In this document: positions 9,146 through 18,551 of the stretch, one piece after another
Layout: each line of letters starts with the position of its first letter
How positions within the stretch are numbered: the first letter of the stretch is position 1
IMG/VR virus record: IMGVR_UViG_3300050331_000090
Coordinates: 1-38,095 of that record
From: a virus
Lineage: Duplodnaviria > Caudoviricetes
Length of the DNA: 38,095 nucleotides
Direction: 5' to 3' (one strand)
Notes under the pieces: model-generated
Database searches by the model: none
The model's input: only the letters and a program-made list of their open reading frames with translations
What the model was told of the DNA's origin: nothing
Position numbers and translations under genes: made by a program

Positions 9146-12073
9146 CTAGCCTGAGTTCCGTAGCTGCGTTGTCGACCGTTTTCCAGACAAGCTCGTTACA
9201 CCACCCAAGGTGGATGCTGATGAGTTCCTTCTGCTGTTCAGCGATGTGGAACCCCTCGACCCACCTAGCAGGGTTCTGGAGGGCCTTGTTGCAAAGGGAT
9301 TAAGGTATTGAAAGTCAAGCAACGCACTTTCAGCCAGATGCGAGTGAAGGGCGTCAGCAACGATCAAAAGCAATTCGTAGCCCAGCAATACGTTTCCCTC
9401 GGCGGTGTGCTCATGAAGGGCGTCAGCGGCCGCCAAGGCAAGACTGAGGGATAAGGTCGGGCTTTGGGCAGAATGGGAATGTACCGCATCAGCAACCGCC
9501 AAAAAGTGCAGTTGCTCTAATGCCACCACTTCGGCGGAGTGGCCATGAATCGCGTCAGCCACTTGCAAAATAGTCGACAACGACAAGGTAGGCGACTCAC
9601 TCGTATGGCCATGGGCTGCATCCTCGGCTGCCATTGTATGAGCCTGGGTCAAAGCCGGCGATTCGGCCAGGTGAGCGTGAAGGGCATCAAGGACGGCCAA
9701 AAGCTGCGCTTGGGTCAAGTTTGGGCTTTCGGCGCTGTGGTTGTGCAGCGCGTCTTGAACGGCCAGTATCTGAGATTGATCAAGCGTTGGCGCCTCGGTC
9801 ACATGACTGTGACTCGCATCCGCCGCGGCTAAATTGTGCAGCTGCGCCAGGACAGCGCTTTCCGAGAGGTGAGCGTGTGTCGCATCGGCTGCAACGATCG
9901 AATGTGCTTGAGTCAATGAGACTGCCTCGGCCGCGTGTGCATGCGCGGCGTCGGCCACGCTCAGTTGGTGCTCCTGAGTCAAAGCGGTGCTGTCAGCGGA
10001 GTGGCTATGGGTAGCATCGGCAGCCTCTAACTGGTGCGCCTGGGACAACGCAGGACTTTCCGCCGAGTGGCTATGTGTGGCACCAGCGACAACTAGGGTA
10101 TGGGCTTGAGTGAGAGCCGGCGATTCGGCCACATGGGAATGGCTGGCATCAACCACGGCTAGAGTGATGTCAACGACCAGTGTCGGACTTTCGGCTGTGT
10201 GAGTATGGGCAGCGTCGGCCACAGCTAGTGTGTGCGCCTGGGTGAGGGCCACATTCTCTGCCACGTGGGCATGAGTAGCGTAGGCTGCCGTCAGGCTATG
10301 GGCTTGAGTCAGAGCTGGACTTTCACTGGAGTGGGCATGTGCGCTGTTGGCAGCCACCAACTCGGTATCGGTAATCGAGGGCTCGAGATTAAAGTTGTCA
10401 AACAGGGCCGTGTCGGTCGATCCGTTGGCCGAGTCGGTGCCGATGAAGAGTGAAACGTAGACATCTGACACATCAAAGGCCGTCGAGGAAGCCAGCTGAG
10501 TCCAATTCTCCCCGTCCGCCGAGTACTCCCAGTAGATAGTGCCCCCTGACTCCCTGATCTGCCACCAGCGATGGGTCGAGGCGTTGTAGGTGTCGGTGTC
10601 AACAGTGGTATAGCTCGTTGCTACCTGCTTTTCAGCGGTCAGGGTGCCGTTATAGACGAACATCGTCAGGGTGTTGCTGGAATCCTTGACGACTTGTAGG
10701 AAGGTGCCGGCGTCAGTGAGGCCTGTCAGAACGTGCGGCACCTCAACATGCACGGATGATCCGACCAGGGTGCCGTGTGGCACCAGGTCCATGCCCTTGT
10801 AAGAGGCACTGGTCGTTGATGTGATTTGTAGTTGCTGACTGGTTTCAGAGACATCGCCGCCTGCCCACTCGGACCACTTGGCCCCATCCAGTGAGTTGTC
10901 GTCAAAGTCGTCCGTGAGTGTTTCTGTGGGCGGCAGGCAGGTGATGAGAATTCCAAACTTCGTTCCGGTGCCGGCTGGTGTACTCGTCGGCACCTGCCTG
11001 ATCGCGGCCTTATTCCCCCGCACTAGCCTGACATTAAGCCCAGTGACACTGCCCGTGGTATTGGTGTTGGAAATAGTTACGGCGACAGTGGTGTCTGCCG
11101 CATTTGATCGTAGGGTGAATGCACGACTCTTACCTGAGCCAGGAGCAGTAGTCAAGTAGATATATATGGCCTTCACGATAATCGGGGGAAGCGCCAAAGA
11201 CACCGAACTTTCGGTGGATTTCCAGTTAGTGGCAGTTCGGCCGCTGGCGGCGGGATTGATGTAATAGGTGCCAGTGGTGGGCAAATCGACGCCGTCAGTA
11301 GTCATCAGGAAACTCTCGCCGTCCGTATCGGGATCAAAGCTGAGCGACAGGAAGTTGGCACTCGAGGCCGGAGTGCCACTTGGAACACAGCGCAGGGTGA
11401 GGGTGTCGCCGGCGGACACGGAAACGGTGTTGCTGGTATCTGATGCCGTGGTACTAGTGTTGGAGACTGTGGCGGTGAGCGCAGTGGCCACGCCATTTTT
11501 CATCAGCGTGTAGGCATAGCTCTTCCCCGAACCTGGTGCAGTTGACAGACGGATAGTTAGATTCTTGAAAACACCACTGGTTGGCGCAATGTGGTACGTG
11601 AAGCTTTCGGTGGCGTTGGGCTGACCGCCTCCCATCAGGCCTTGATACTGGGTCGCCGTGGTGCTGGTGTTTTGAGTTCCACCGATGACAGCGAAAAGAC
11701 TGGTGTCAGATTGCCGAATCTGAGAGTTAAACGATGACCCAGTGGGAGTGCCGGAGCCTGTCATGCTGACCGAAATCAAATCCCCTGCCGCGAATGAGAC
11801 GGTATTGGTCTCGTCAAAGCCGCTGGTAGCAGTTCCAGAAATGACAACGGAAAGACTTGTGTCCACTCCGTTCTTGCGGACCTTGAACGTCCAACTCTTA
11901 CCAGCTCCTGGGGCGGCAGAAAGTTGAATGTGAAACTGGTCAAGGGAGAGTGCGTGCGGTATGACCTGTTGGCGGGTCGATTCCGTAGCACTGGCGCTTT
12001 GGGAGTCCACATTGGGCATGTAGTACGAGCCAGAGAATGTCAAGATGTTTCCAGCAATGAGATATGAGTACAT
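9146..12073 (-). CDS. Large fibre/appendage protein (975 aa): 3 beta-sandwich repeats, lectin-like domain, 16 x 22-aa HxH repeats
   Basis: Translation; start moved to ATG 12073 because the TTG start at 12103 lies inside a hairpin. Confidence 0.75.
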   Translation of the reverse strand: MYSYLIAGNILTFSGSYYMPNVDSQSASATESTRQQVIPHALSLDQFHIQLSAAPGAGKSWTFKVRKNGVDTSLSVVISGTATSGFDETNTVSFAAGDLISVSMTGSGTPTGSSFNSQIRQSDTSLFAVIGGTQNTSTTATQYQGLMGGGQPNATESFTYHIAPTSGVFKNLTIRLSTAPGSGKSYAYTLMKNGVATALTATVSNTSTTASDTSNTVSVSAGDTLTLRCVPSGTPASSANFLSLSFDPDTDGESFLMTTDGVDLPTTGTYYINPAASGRTATNWKSTESSVSLALPPIIVKAIYIYLTTAPGSGKSRAFTLRSNAADTTVAVTISNTNTTGSVTGLNVRLVRGNKAAIRQVPTSTPAGTGTKFGILITCLPPTETLTDDFDDNSLDGAKWSEWAGGDVSETSQQLQITSTTSASYKGMDLVPHGTLVGSSVHVEVPHVLTGLTDAGTFLQVVKDSSNTLTMFVYNGTLTAEKQVATSYTTVDTDTYNASTHRWWQIRESGGTIYWEYSADGENWTQLASSTAFDVSDVYVSLFIGTDSANGSTDTALFDNFNLEPSITDTELVAANSAHAHSSESPALTQAHSLTAAYATHAHVAENVALTQAHTLAVADAAHTHTAESPTLVVDITLAVVDASHSHVAESPALTQAHTLVVAGATHSHSAESPALSQAHQLEAADATHSHSADSTALTQEHQLSVADAAHAHAAEAVSLTQAHSIVAADATHAHLSESAVLAQLHNLAAADASHSHVTEAPTLDQSQILAVQDALHNHSAESPNLTQAQLLAVLDALHAHLAESPALTQAHTMAAEDAAHGHTSESPTLSLSTILQVADAIHGHSAEVVALEQLHFLAVADAVHSHSAQSPTLSLSLALAAADALHEHTAEGNVLLGYELLLIVADALHSHLAESALLDFQYLNPFATRPSRTLLGGSRGSTSLNSRRNSSASTLGGVTSLSGKRSTTQLRNSG
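9311..10364 (-). repeat. 16 degenerate 66-bp tandem repeats (consensus xLxVADAxHxHxAESPxLxQxH)
   Basis: Counted from the translation. Confidence 0.9.
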
Positions 12074-12108
12074 AAAGCAAAACGGGCGGCTAGCTTGAGC
12101 CAACCGCC
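12074..12108 (-). terminator. Hairpin/terminator-like attenuator before the fibre gene
   Basis: GGCGGTTGGC-TCAA-GCTAGCCGCC followed by CGTTTTGCTTT. Confidence 0.55.
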
Positions 12109-12139
12109 ATCCAAAGAGTCATAGATTTCCGCTATTTCA

Positions 12140-12529
12140 TTAGCTCGGATCCAACACCTCGGCGATGTCCACCTCTGGAATCGTGACCGTATTTCCTGAA
12201 GTCAGAGCCTGCGATGTACACGTGGTGACATAGAGCAGCTTGGAGTTGTCCACATCCAAAAATGCGATGTGGGTCGCTGTGCCGCTGGTGTCGACCGGGA
12301 TTGACGCCTGGGAGGCCACGGTGAGCATCCGACCGCTTGTGTTGCCATTGGCAACCGTGAAGTCGCCGTTGCCTGAACCTTCTGTGGTCGTCACATCGGC
12401 CAGGGCGTACGTGGCATTACCTTCGGCATAGGTCGTTGGCTGGTCTGAGCAGATCGTAATGCGCTTGCAGTTGTCAGCCACATAGGCGGGGACCGCTGAT
12501 AACACATCATCGTGGGCAAATTTAGCCAT
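12140..12529 (-). CDS. Virion structural protein (fibre-associated)
   Basis: QPTTYAE...ANGNTSGRMLTVA...SGTATHIA...QALTSGNTVTIP, a pattern seen in small phage structural proteins upstream of fibres. Confidence 0.7.
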   Translation of the reverse strand: MAKFAHDDVLSAVPAYVADNCKRITICSDQPTTYAEGNATYALADVTTTEGSGNGDFTVANGNTSGRMLTVASQASIPVDTSGTATHIAFLDVDNSKLLYVTTCTSQALTSGNTVTIPEVDIAEVLDPS

Positions 12530-12794
12530 TGGTGACCTCCCTTGCTTCGATGATGGCGTTGATTAAGTCGCCTCGAGCTGGGTAGTTGGCAAAGTTCAGG
12601 TCAAGCCCCAAATGATCAGCGTAGGCTTCCAAATTGGCTCGGTGGACTGGCTTCATGTCCTCGGCGGTTGCGTCCTGGCTCAATGTGACCTTGGTAACGA
12701 CGGTGGTCGTGATGACCAGGTCATCGCCTTCGACAGCCACGTCAATGGATCGATCTTCATTTGGATTAGAAGGTTGTAGTTGAATGTCTGGCAT
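12522..12794 (-). CDS. Small head-region protein with Rho_N/HeH-like C-terminus
   Basis: LEAYADHLGLD...RGDLINAII pattern. Confidence 0.55.
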   Translation of the reverse strand: MPDIQLQPSNPNEDRSIDVAVEGDDLVITTTVVTKVTLSQDATAEDMKPVHRANLEAYADHLGLDLNFANYPARGDLINAIIEAREVTNG

Positions 12795-12811
12795 ACAAAT
12801 TCCTCAAATAG

Positions 12812-13123
12812 TTAGCTCCAACTTATCGTGACGCCTGGGTTGTCAGCGTGCCCATCGACCACAATGCCGTTTTCGGCTGGCATCATGAAGGTGTAACTCG
12901 ACCCCACTGCCGGGTTGGCAGGCAATGCGCCGATCACCTTGCCCGTGCCCTCTGTTGCGTGGTCGTAAATCATCATCGGGTTCGAGTCAGTGGCAGTGAC
13001 CACGATCCGACAGAGCAAGCCTTTTTCAGCCTTGATGACGGTATCGGTGGCAGTACCCGCGGCGACGGCGGTCGTTTCCTTGCCATTCTGGTTGAACTGG
13101 CCAAAGGCCTTATCTGCCGCCAT
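12812..13123 (-). CDS. Putative structural protein
   Basis: 103 aa, beta-rich, within the head operon. Confidence 0.65.
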   Translation of the reverse strand: MAADKAFGQFNQNGKETTAVAAGTATDTVIKAEKGLLCRIVVTATDSNPMMIYDHATEGTGKVIGALPANPAVGSSYTFMMPAENGIVVDGHADNPGVTISWS

Positions 13124-13325
13124 CCGCCTTCGTCTCCTTTGCAGGTTCTGGCTTCTTCTCCGATTCCTGCTTTGGAGCCTTCGTCTCCTTTGCAGGTTCT
13201 GGATCTGCCTTTACAGATTCAACCAGGGATTGGCCTTCAAAGTCGTTTCCGACTTCAAACACGTCGCCGGGGTTGTATTGGTGATGTCGGTAATAGACAC
13301 CTTCAGTTGCTTTGACAGTTGGCAT
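13110..13325 (-). CDS. Small post-capsid protein (71 aa)
   Basis: ATG 13325 with GGAAAGGA upstream; YNPGDVFEV motif plus low-complexity tail. Confidence 0.65.
   Translation of the reverse strand: MPTVKATEGVYYRHHQYNPGDVFEVGNDFEGQSLVESVKADPEPAKETKAPKQESEKKPEPAKETKADGGR
13126..13202. repeat. Exact 26-bp direct repeat (13126-13151, 13177-13202) encoding PEPAKETKA twice
   Basis: gccttcgtctcctttgcaggttctgg twice, 51 bp apart. Confidence 0.9.
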
Positions 13326-13370
13326 AGTTCCTTTCCAGGGACGGGGAGCCTTTCGACTCCCCCGCATCCC

Positions 13371-13766
13371 TTACCGTGTGATGTATTCGAGTGTCACCAG
13401 TGTCTTGCCGCCCGCGGTGGACTTGGCAGAGGTCAACTGGTAGTAGCTTCCAGCGGCAACCGTGTTGTTGGTTGTCGGAACGACGGGGCCATCCCCATCG
13501 GTGCCGATAGCATCTGAGGCGGTGTGAGTCACCACTCCGCCAGTCGAACTGCCATCAGCGTTGGCGCCCGTGATGGTGCCGTCGTTGGTGGATGCGATCG
13601 CCTTGGTCACTTGAGAGGCAATGGCAGTGATCTTCACACTCATTGGGAAGAAGACCTTGACAGCGCCTTGCTCATTGGACTCGAAGGACATCGGAACCGT
13701 CACCAACCCCTTTTGACCCTTGGGGCTCCCTCGGAATGCTCGTCGTGCTAAGTCTTTAACAGCCAT
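13371..13766 (-). CDS. Putative capsid decoration protein
   Basis: AAGGAGG SD, directly after the capsid gene, Thr/Gly-rich beta sandwich. Confidence 0.65.
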   Translation of the reverse strand: MAVKDLARRAFRGSPKGQKGLVTVPMSFESNEQGAVKVFFPMSVKITAIASQVTKAIASTNDGTITGANADGSSTGGVVTHTASDAIGTDGDGPVVPTTNNTVAAGSYYQLTSAKSTAGGKTLVTLEYITR

Positions 13767-13775
13767 AGATCCTCC

Positions 13776-14699
13776 TTAGTTCACCACCGACAGCAGTTTG
13801 TAGATGCCGTCCTGGCAGGTGATCTTGTGCTCGTACTCGCGAGAAATCCGCACGTAGGTGGACTTCAGGTCCTCATTCCACCAGCGGGACACTTCGTAGT
13901 TGTCCGACAGCTCCAATCCGTAACCGGCTGAAACGTCTTCTAGGCTCGGATTCGGGTTGATGTACATGATGTAGGCGTTCTTGCCCCAGATGTACGAAAT
14001 GGCATCAGCTGCACCCTCTAAACCAGTGTTACGGGCAGCGTCACCCACGACCACGCGTTTGACACCAATCAACTCAGCAATGATGTCCAGTCGTGCAATC
14101 CGGGTCTGGGTGTCACCAAGTCGTGCCAACACGTCTGGGTGGTTCAACAACGGGCGTACGGTCTGTTCACCCAAGACCAAGGTGTTTGGGGTCTTCAGGG
14201 CGTTCAGTTTGGCGGCGTCAACTGCGTCTTGCAGCATGCCGATCGGGTCGGAATTGTCGACATCATCCCAGCGATCGGTAGCGGTTGCGATGGTCGTGCC
14301 CTTGCTGGCAGCGGCCAACTTGGTGGCAGCATCGATTTCCTTCGAGATCTTGGACTTTTCAGTCAAGATTCGGGTTGCGGTGCGGAACGGAGCCAAAGGC
14401 GATTCTGAGCGCTCGACCTCTTCCTTGGTGACCTTCTTCTTCAGCTCGTGCTGGAGCAAAGGACCAAAGGATTTGGTGGTTGGCGCGTAGTCGATCTCGT
14501 TGGCAGGTGTACCTGGAGCCCGCAGATCGTGCTCGGCTCGTAGGTTCGACTTATCCCATTCGTAGTAGACGCCCGTATTCCGGTTGACTTTCAACGTTGG
14601 GAACACAACGTCGGCGATGAAGGTCATGTCCGCATTGGTGTAAGCGAGCGATAGGTTCGTTAGTAATTGATCTCGTTGATATTGTTGTCGTTGTGGCAT
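13776..14699 (-). CDS. Major capsid protein (HK97 fold, E-like)
   Basis: LTNLSLAY...FIADVVFP...WDDVDNSDPI...PNTLVLG...LLNHPDVL; 307 aa after the protease. Confidence 0.9.
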   Translation of the reverse strand: MPQRQQYQRDQLLTNLSLAYTNADMTFIADVVFPTLKVNRNTGVYYEWDKSNLRAEHDLRAPGTPANEIDYAPTTKSFGPLLQHELKKKVTKEEVERSESPLAPFRTATRILTEKSKISKEIDAATKLAAASKGTTIATATDRWDDVDNSDPIGMLQDAVDAAKLNALKTPNTLVLGEQTVRPLLNHPDVLARLGDTQTRIARLDIIAELIGVKRVVVGDAARNTGLEGAADAISYIWGKNAYIMYINPNPSLEDVSAGYGLELSDNYEVSRWWNEDLKSTYVRISREYEHKITCQDGIYKLLSVVN

Positions 14700-14713
14700 A
14701 GTTCAGTATCCCC

Positions 14714-15086
14714 TTAAGCAGGAACCCTATTACTCGTAATAAGTACATCCATGATTTCGTCGTTGTTGGCGACTGTGGTTAGCCCGATGGCTGCGACCCA
14801 GTGACCGCAGTCGGATGTGGTGACGCCCTCTCCACCTGCGCGGAGGTAATCAATGCACCAATCAGCAATACCAGCGCTCACTCGAAGTTTCGAGCGACCG
14901 CGATGGCGACTTCAGCAACTTCCCAGCAACCGGCGTGTTTTGTAGGATGCCGAGAATGGCTTCTGTGCCAGCCGTAGCGACGACGACGGTATTTTCGTCA
15001 CTGACCTTGACGAAACAGTATTGAGCGCCGGAAAGATCTGCACCGGCCTTCATTGGAATAGTTTGTAGGCTATTTGCAACAGACAT
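14714..15086 (-). CDS. Capsid cement/decoration protein with at least two indels (~14923, ~14898)
   Basis: AGADLSGAQYCFVK...ILGILQNTP then in shifted frames EVAEVAIA / RSKLRVSAGI...EIMDVLITSNRVPA*; ~124 aa when repaired. Confidence 0.7.
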
Positions 15087-16297
15087 TATTTTGTACCTCC
15101 GAAGCCATACTCATCTGCGACCAGTTCGCTGTTGTCAGCGAGAACCTGATCCAGTGCCTGGCTAAATTCCAAGGTCTGACCGGCTTTTGCAGCCTCGGCA
15201 ACCTTGGCCTGAGCCAACTGAGTCAACTTGTCGTCAGCTGAGGTGCTCAGGTTTTGACCGTGTCCGGTCTCCTGGGTGAGCTGATGTAAGCCTTTAGGCA
15301 TGTCTGCCATCAGAGCACCAAACGCCTTCTTCTGGTCGGCACTCAAGCCGAAAATGAAGTCGGCCAGCTTGTCCGTGGACTTGGCTAGGAAGACTCCATC
15401 AGGATTGCCCTGGGAGAAGGTGAAGCTCTTGGCCACCTCTTTGGCATCCGCCTTTTCCAAGCGAGTCATCGCCTGAGCGCCGGCGTTTGCCATCTTCTTC
15501 AGAGAGTCCACTTCGGCTTGACTCATCTGGACGGTCTTGCCGCCCTTCTGAGCTAGCTCGGCTTTACCAGCATCCGAGTCCGCGTTTTCTGCGTTCTCAT
15601 CGCTGTCATCCTCGCCTTCGCCGTCTTTGGCATCATCATCACCGGCATCTCCAGCGTCTTCGGCTTCTAAGCCGAACTTGGTTCGTTCGTCTTCGTTCAA
15701 ATCTGCGAAATGCTCTTGAAGGAACGCTTTTTCCTCCGCGGACAAGTCGGCAGCAGCTTTAGCTCGAATGTCTTCGAGATTCATAGATGCTCCTTCCTGG
15801 GCAAATAAAATGGTGAATGGATTTGTCTTGTCCTGGTGCTGGCTAAACAACGCTGGGATGTTCTGCAGCATGGGGTAGTTGGTTAACGCCGCACCGGACA
15901 GCACGTTGCCATGCTCTCCCCCAAAGGTGGGGTCTTCGTAGTCAGTAGAAAATTCAGCGGAGATGTAGCGGTACTCTTTGTCTTCGAGCGCCTGGATGCC
16001 AGCCTTGGTCCAATCGACAGCGGCGAAGAGACCTTCTCCGGCTTTGTGAATCAGGCCAGATACCCATGCGGCAGCCTTGCCGTAGGTGTGATCAAAGTTG
16101 ATCGGCACGCCATTAGGCACTCCTGAATCAAAGTTCTTGACCATCTCGGCGAGCATGGAATCGGTAATATCGATTTTGCCGGAATAGGTATCGTATTTGC
16201 CGACTGGCAGTACCAAGATCTCAGTGGGCAGAGATCCATCCTGATTCAGTTGTATGAAGGTTGGCTCATTCAACCTCGCTCGTAAGAGTGTGGACAT
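15086..16297 (-). CDS. Prohead protease/scaffold (Mu gpI-like)
   Basis: PINFDH...AAAWV...VDWT...EYRYISAEF...GAALTNYP, followed by an acidic scaffold region. Confidence 0.92.
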   Translation of the reverse strand: MSTLLRARLNEPTFIQLNQDGSLPTEILVLPVGKYDTYSGKIDITDSMLAEMVKNFDSGVPNGVPINFDHTYGKAAAWVSGLIHKAGEGLFAAVDWTKAGIQALEDKEYRYISAEFSTDYEDPTFGGEHGNVLSGAALTNYPMLQNIPALFSQHQDKTNPFTILFAQEGASMNLEDIRAKAAADLSAEEKAFLQEHFADLNEDERTKFGLEAEDAGDAGDDDAKDGEGEDDSDENAENADSDAGKAELAQKGGKTVQMSQAEVDSLKKMANAGAQAMTRLEKADAKEVAKSFTFSQGNPDGVFLAKSTDKLADFIFGLSADQKKAFGALMADMPKGLHQLTQETGHGQNLSTSADDKLTQLAQAKVAEAAKAGQTLEFSQALDQVLADNSELVADEYGFGGTK

Positions 16298-16305
16298 TAC
16301 CTCTC

Positions 16306-16335
16306 ACGATATAGAAAAGTAATTGGGCCTGTCAA
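16306..16335 (-). promoter_or_regulatory. Putative promoter for the protease-capsid operon
   Basis: TTGACA followed at 16-18 nt by TATATC/TATCGT in the intergenic gap. Confidence 0.45.
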
Positions 16336-16342
16336 TGGGAAA

Positions 16343-17203
16343 TTAGAACCGCTCCCGCAGCGACTTCAGGTAGTCGGCTCGGTACTGCTCGATGTTGGAT
16401 GTGTCTTGCTTCGCTCCGAATGACAGTTCAATTCCGCATCGACACGAAACATGTAAGGGCGGGGAGTATCCGCCTGGGAATGAGTCGGTGATTTTCACGG
16501 TCACGCCATGCAGCGACTGACATAGTGGACACGCCCCAATTTGCGCTCTCCACCGCTTCTCGGTAGCGCCCATCTCAATCCCCGCCTGGACTCTGCCTTC
16601 TGAGAATGCCTGGACGCTTTCGGTTTGGGCAATCGCACGTCGCCTGGCTGGATTGTCAAAGATGGATTCGAGCCGTTTCTCTAGGCCCGATCGATCCTCA
16701 CCAGCCAGCAGCGACTGCCTCACAGCATTCTTCACCCGATTTTTGGTAGTGACATTGATGTCACCCGCAAGTTTAGGAATGTGCCGCTCTAGGAACTTCT
16801 GCGCTGGTTGGTCCATCGGCGAGTAGTCGATGGTGAATCCCAGCTCGGATTGACTCATCAAAGCACCAGCGGATAGGTCGCTGGGCAGATTGGCAGCGAA
16901 GATTTGGTTCAGCCAGTCCTCGTCCTGATCCCAGGCGAAATCGATGAAGATGCCTAGGTCATCGAACTGGTCGAGTTGGATGGAGTGGATGGCTGCGAGA
17001 TTGAAGTGCTCATCGAGCGTTTCGACCTGGCGACGGTTGAACTCCTTCAGATCGAGTTCCAGCCTGGCTGTGGATTTAAGCAGCAGGGCTAGGGCGTCGG
17101 GGTACTTGTAGTAGATGGGCGCGTAGCCACCGTCATCCGTGGCGAGCTCAAAGACGATGCCGGCGATATCTCGTTGTTGGGCCAGGAAGTGCTCAAGTGG
17201 CAT
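16343..17203 (-). CDS. Head morphogenesis protein (Mu gpF/SPP1 gp7)
   Basis: RRAIAQTES...KRW...CPLCQSLHG...PPLHVSCRC. Confidence 0.92.
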   Translation of the reverse strand: MPLEHFLAQQRDIAGIVFELATDDGGYAPIYYKYPDALALLLKSTARLELDLKEFNRRQVETLDEHFNLAAIHSIQLDQFDDLGIFIDFAWDQDEDWLNQIFAANLPSDLSAGALMSQSELGFTIDYSPMDQPAQKFLERHIPKLAGDINVTTKNRVKNAVRQSLLAGEDRSGLEKRLESIFDNPARRRAIAQTESVQAFSEGRVQAGIEMGATEKRWRAQIGACPLCQSLHGVTVKITDSFPGGYSPPLHVSCRCGIELSFGAKQDTSNIEQYRADYLKSLRERF

Positions 17204-18548
17204 GCTCCTCCCGAATGGCGAGTCGGATCGCTTCAGCCTCCCGCTTGACGTAGTGTTCGAGAAAGTCGGCCTGACTCATCTGCTTGCCTTCTTCCTTCTT
17301 ATCTGGCTCACCAGTTGGCAGCACGATTGGCTCGGGTTTTTCAGACGGCTCTGGGTAGTAGCTGTCCTCTGGCGCTTCCGGAAGATTTAATAGGCTGCGG
17401 AGGTGGTTTTCGATCGGTAGCTCAGGCGTGTAGGTGTTGAATCCCTTCATCAGGTTGAGGGTTTCGGCGATCTGCTTCACATCGACCTTGCCGATGCCAT
17501 CCGGCTTGATGGTCGGGTATTCCTTCACCGTGAAGTTGAGATCGACCAGGCGGCGAATCACATACTTGTTGATCGGGTCGGCCAGCTCGTTAACGGCAAT
17601 GAACTCCAGCGACATTTCAAAGAAGTCCGACAGGTCCTCAGCCACGGCGCGGGCACCAGTCTCGGTTGAACCGAGCGCCAGGAACGAGGCCAGGACAGAA
17701 AGTAGGATCTGGAACTGGTGGTACTGGATGGACTTCAAGGGCTCACGGGTGGTATTGGCCTTCATGTCCATGAACTCGATTTCCCAACCCAGCGGCTCGT
17801 AGAGCACGTCGTCCTCATTCGCTCGCAGGTTCTTCAACCGCTCCAGCAGCTGCGCCTTGTCGTCATCAGAGGGTTTGGAGGTGGACTTGGCCTTGGGAAT
17901 GCCTAAGCCCTGGCGCTCATGAGCCATCACGTCGATCTTTTCCAGCGCGTCCTTCATCTTCCAGTGCTTGTAGGCCGAGCGCAGGAGCGAGATGCCTTCC
18001 CAGTTGTCGCCTTCTTTTTCATTGGTGAAGATGACCAGCCGCTCGATCGGGATATCCACTTTGGTGCCGTCCATCTTCATCTGCTGGATGCCTGGCTGTC
18101 CGCTGCTGGTTTCCCAGGCCCAGACGGTGGAGGGCAGGCGGGGAGACAGCTTCTTCAAGCCAACCTGGCCCTCGCTGGTGAGCTGATAGACGATTTCAAA
18201 CAGGTAACGGCCATAGTCGAGCATGTTCAGGCCCTCGCGGATGACATCCTTAAAGGGACGATCCATGCCGTTGAGTTGACCGTCCACCCACTCGGCAATT
18301 GCTTTGTCTTCCGCAGATTCTGAGGCGGGTTCGACATTCCAGTCAGCCGCCAGGATCGGCAGCTTCACGGCTCGCAGGGCAGCCTTGACGGTGGCATCCC
18401 CCAGGCGCATCTGGTCGTAGACCTTGAGGCCCTTGTCACCCACCAGATCGGTGTTGTAGTCGGGGTTGAAGAGTTGGCCGGCCAGAATGACGGTGCCGGT
18501 GTCACCAAGTTCTTTGAGCGATTTTGAAGGCTTTGGCTTGTCAGCCAT
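17193..18548 (-). CDS. Portal protein (Mu gp29/DUF935-like)
   Basis: YDQMRLGDATV...GISLLRSAYKHW...ERQGLGIP; between terminase and gpF. Confidence 0.9.
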   Translation of the reverse strand: MADKPKPSKSLKELGDTGTVILAGQLFNPDYNTDLVGDKGLKVYDQMRLGDATVKAALRAVKLPILAADWNVEPASESAEDKAIAEWVDGQLNGMDRPFKDVIREGLNMLDYGRYLFEIVYQLTSEGQVGLKKLSPRLPSTVWAWETSSGQPGIQQMKMDGTKVDIPIERLVIFTNEKEGDNWEGISLLRSAYKHWKMKDALEKIDVMAHERQGLGIPKAKSTSKPSDDDKAQLLERLKNLRANEDDVLYEPLGWEIEFMDMKANTTREPLKSIQYHQFQILLSVLASFLALGSTETGARAVAEDLSDFFEMSLEFIAVNELADPINKYVIRRLVDLNFTVKEYPTIKPDGIGKVDVKQIAETLNLMKGFNTYTPELPIENHLRSLLNLPEAPEDSYYPEPSEKPEPIVLPTGEPDKKEEGKQMSQADFLEHYVKREAEAIRLAIREEHAT

Positions 18549-18551
18549 AGA

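Noticed and set aside
11125-11920. Three [AG]x4GKS-like P-loop matches in the fibre protein
   Set aside because: They are turns in Ser/Thr-rich beta repeats, with no Walker B or ATPase context
13126-13202. Mini CRISPR array
   Set aside because: Only two copies, in-frame within a coding low-complexity tail; no cas genes
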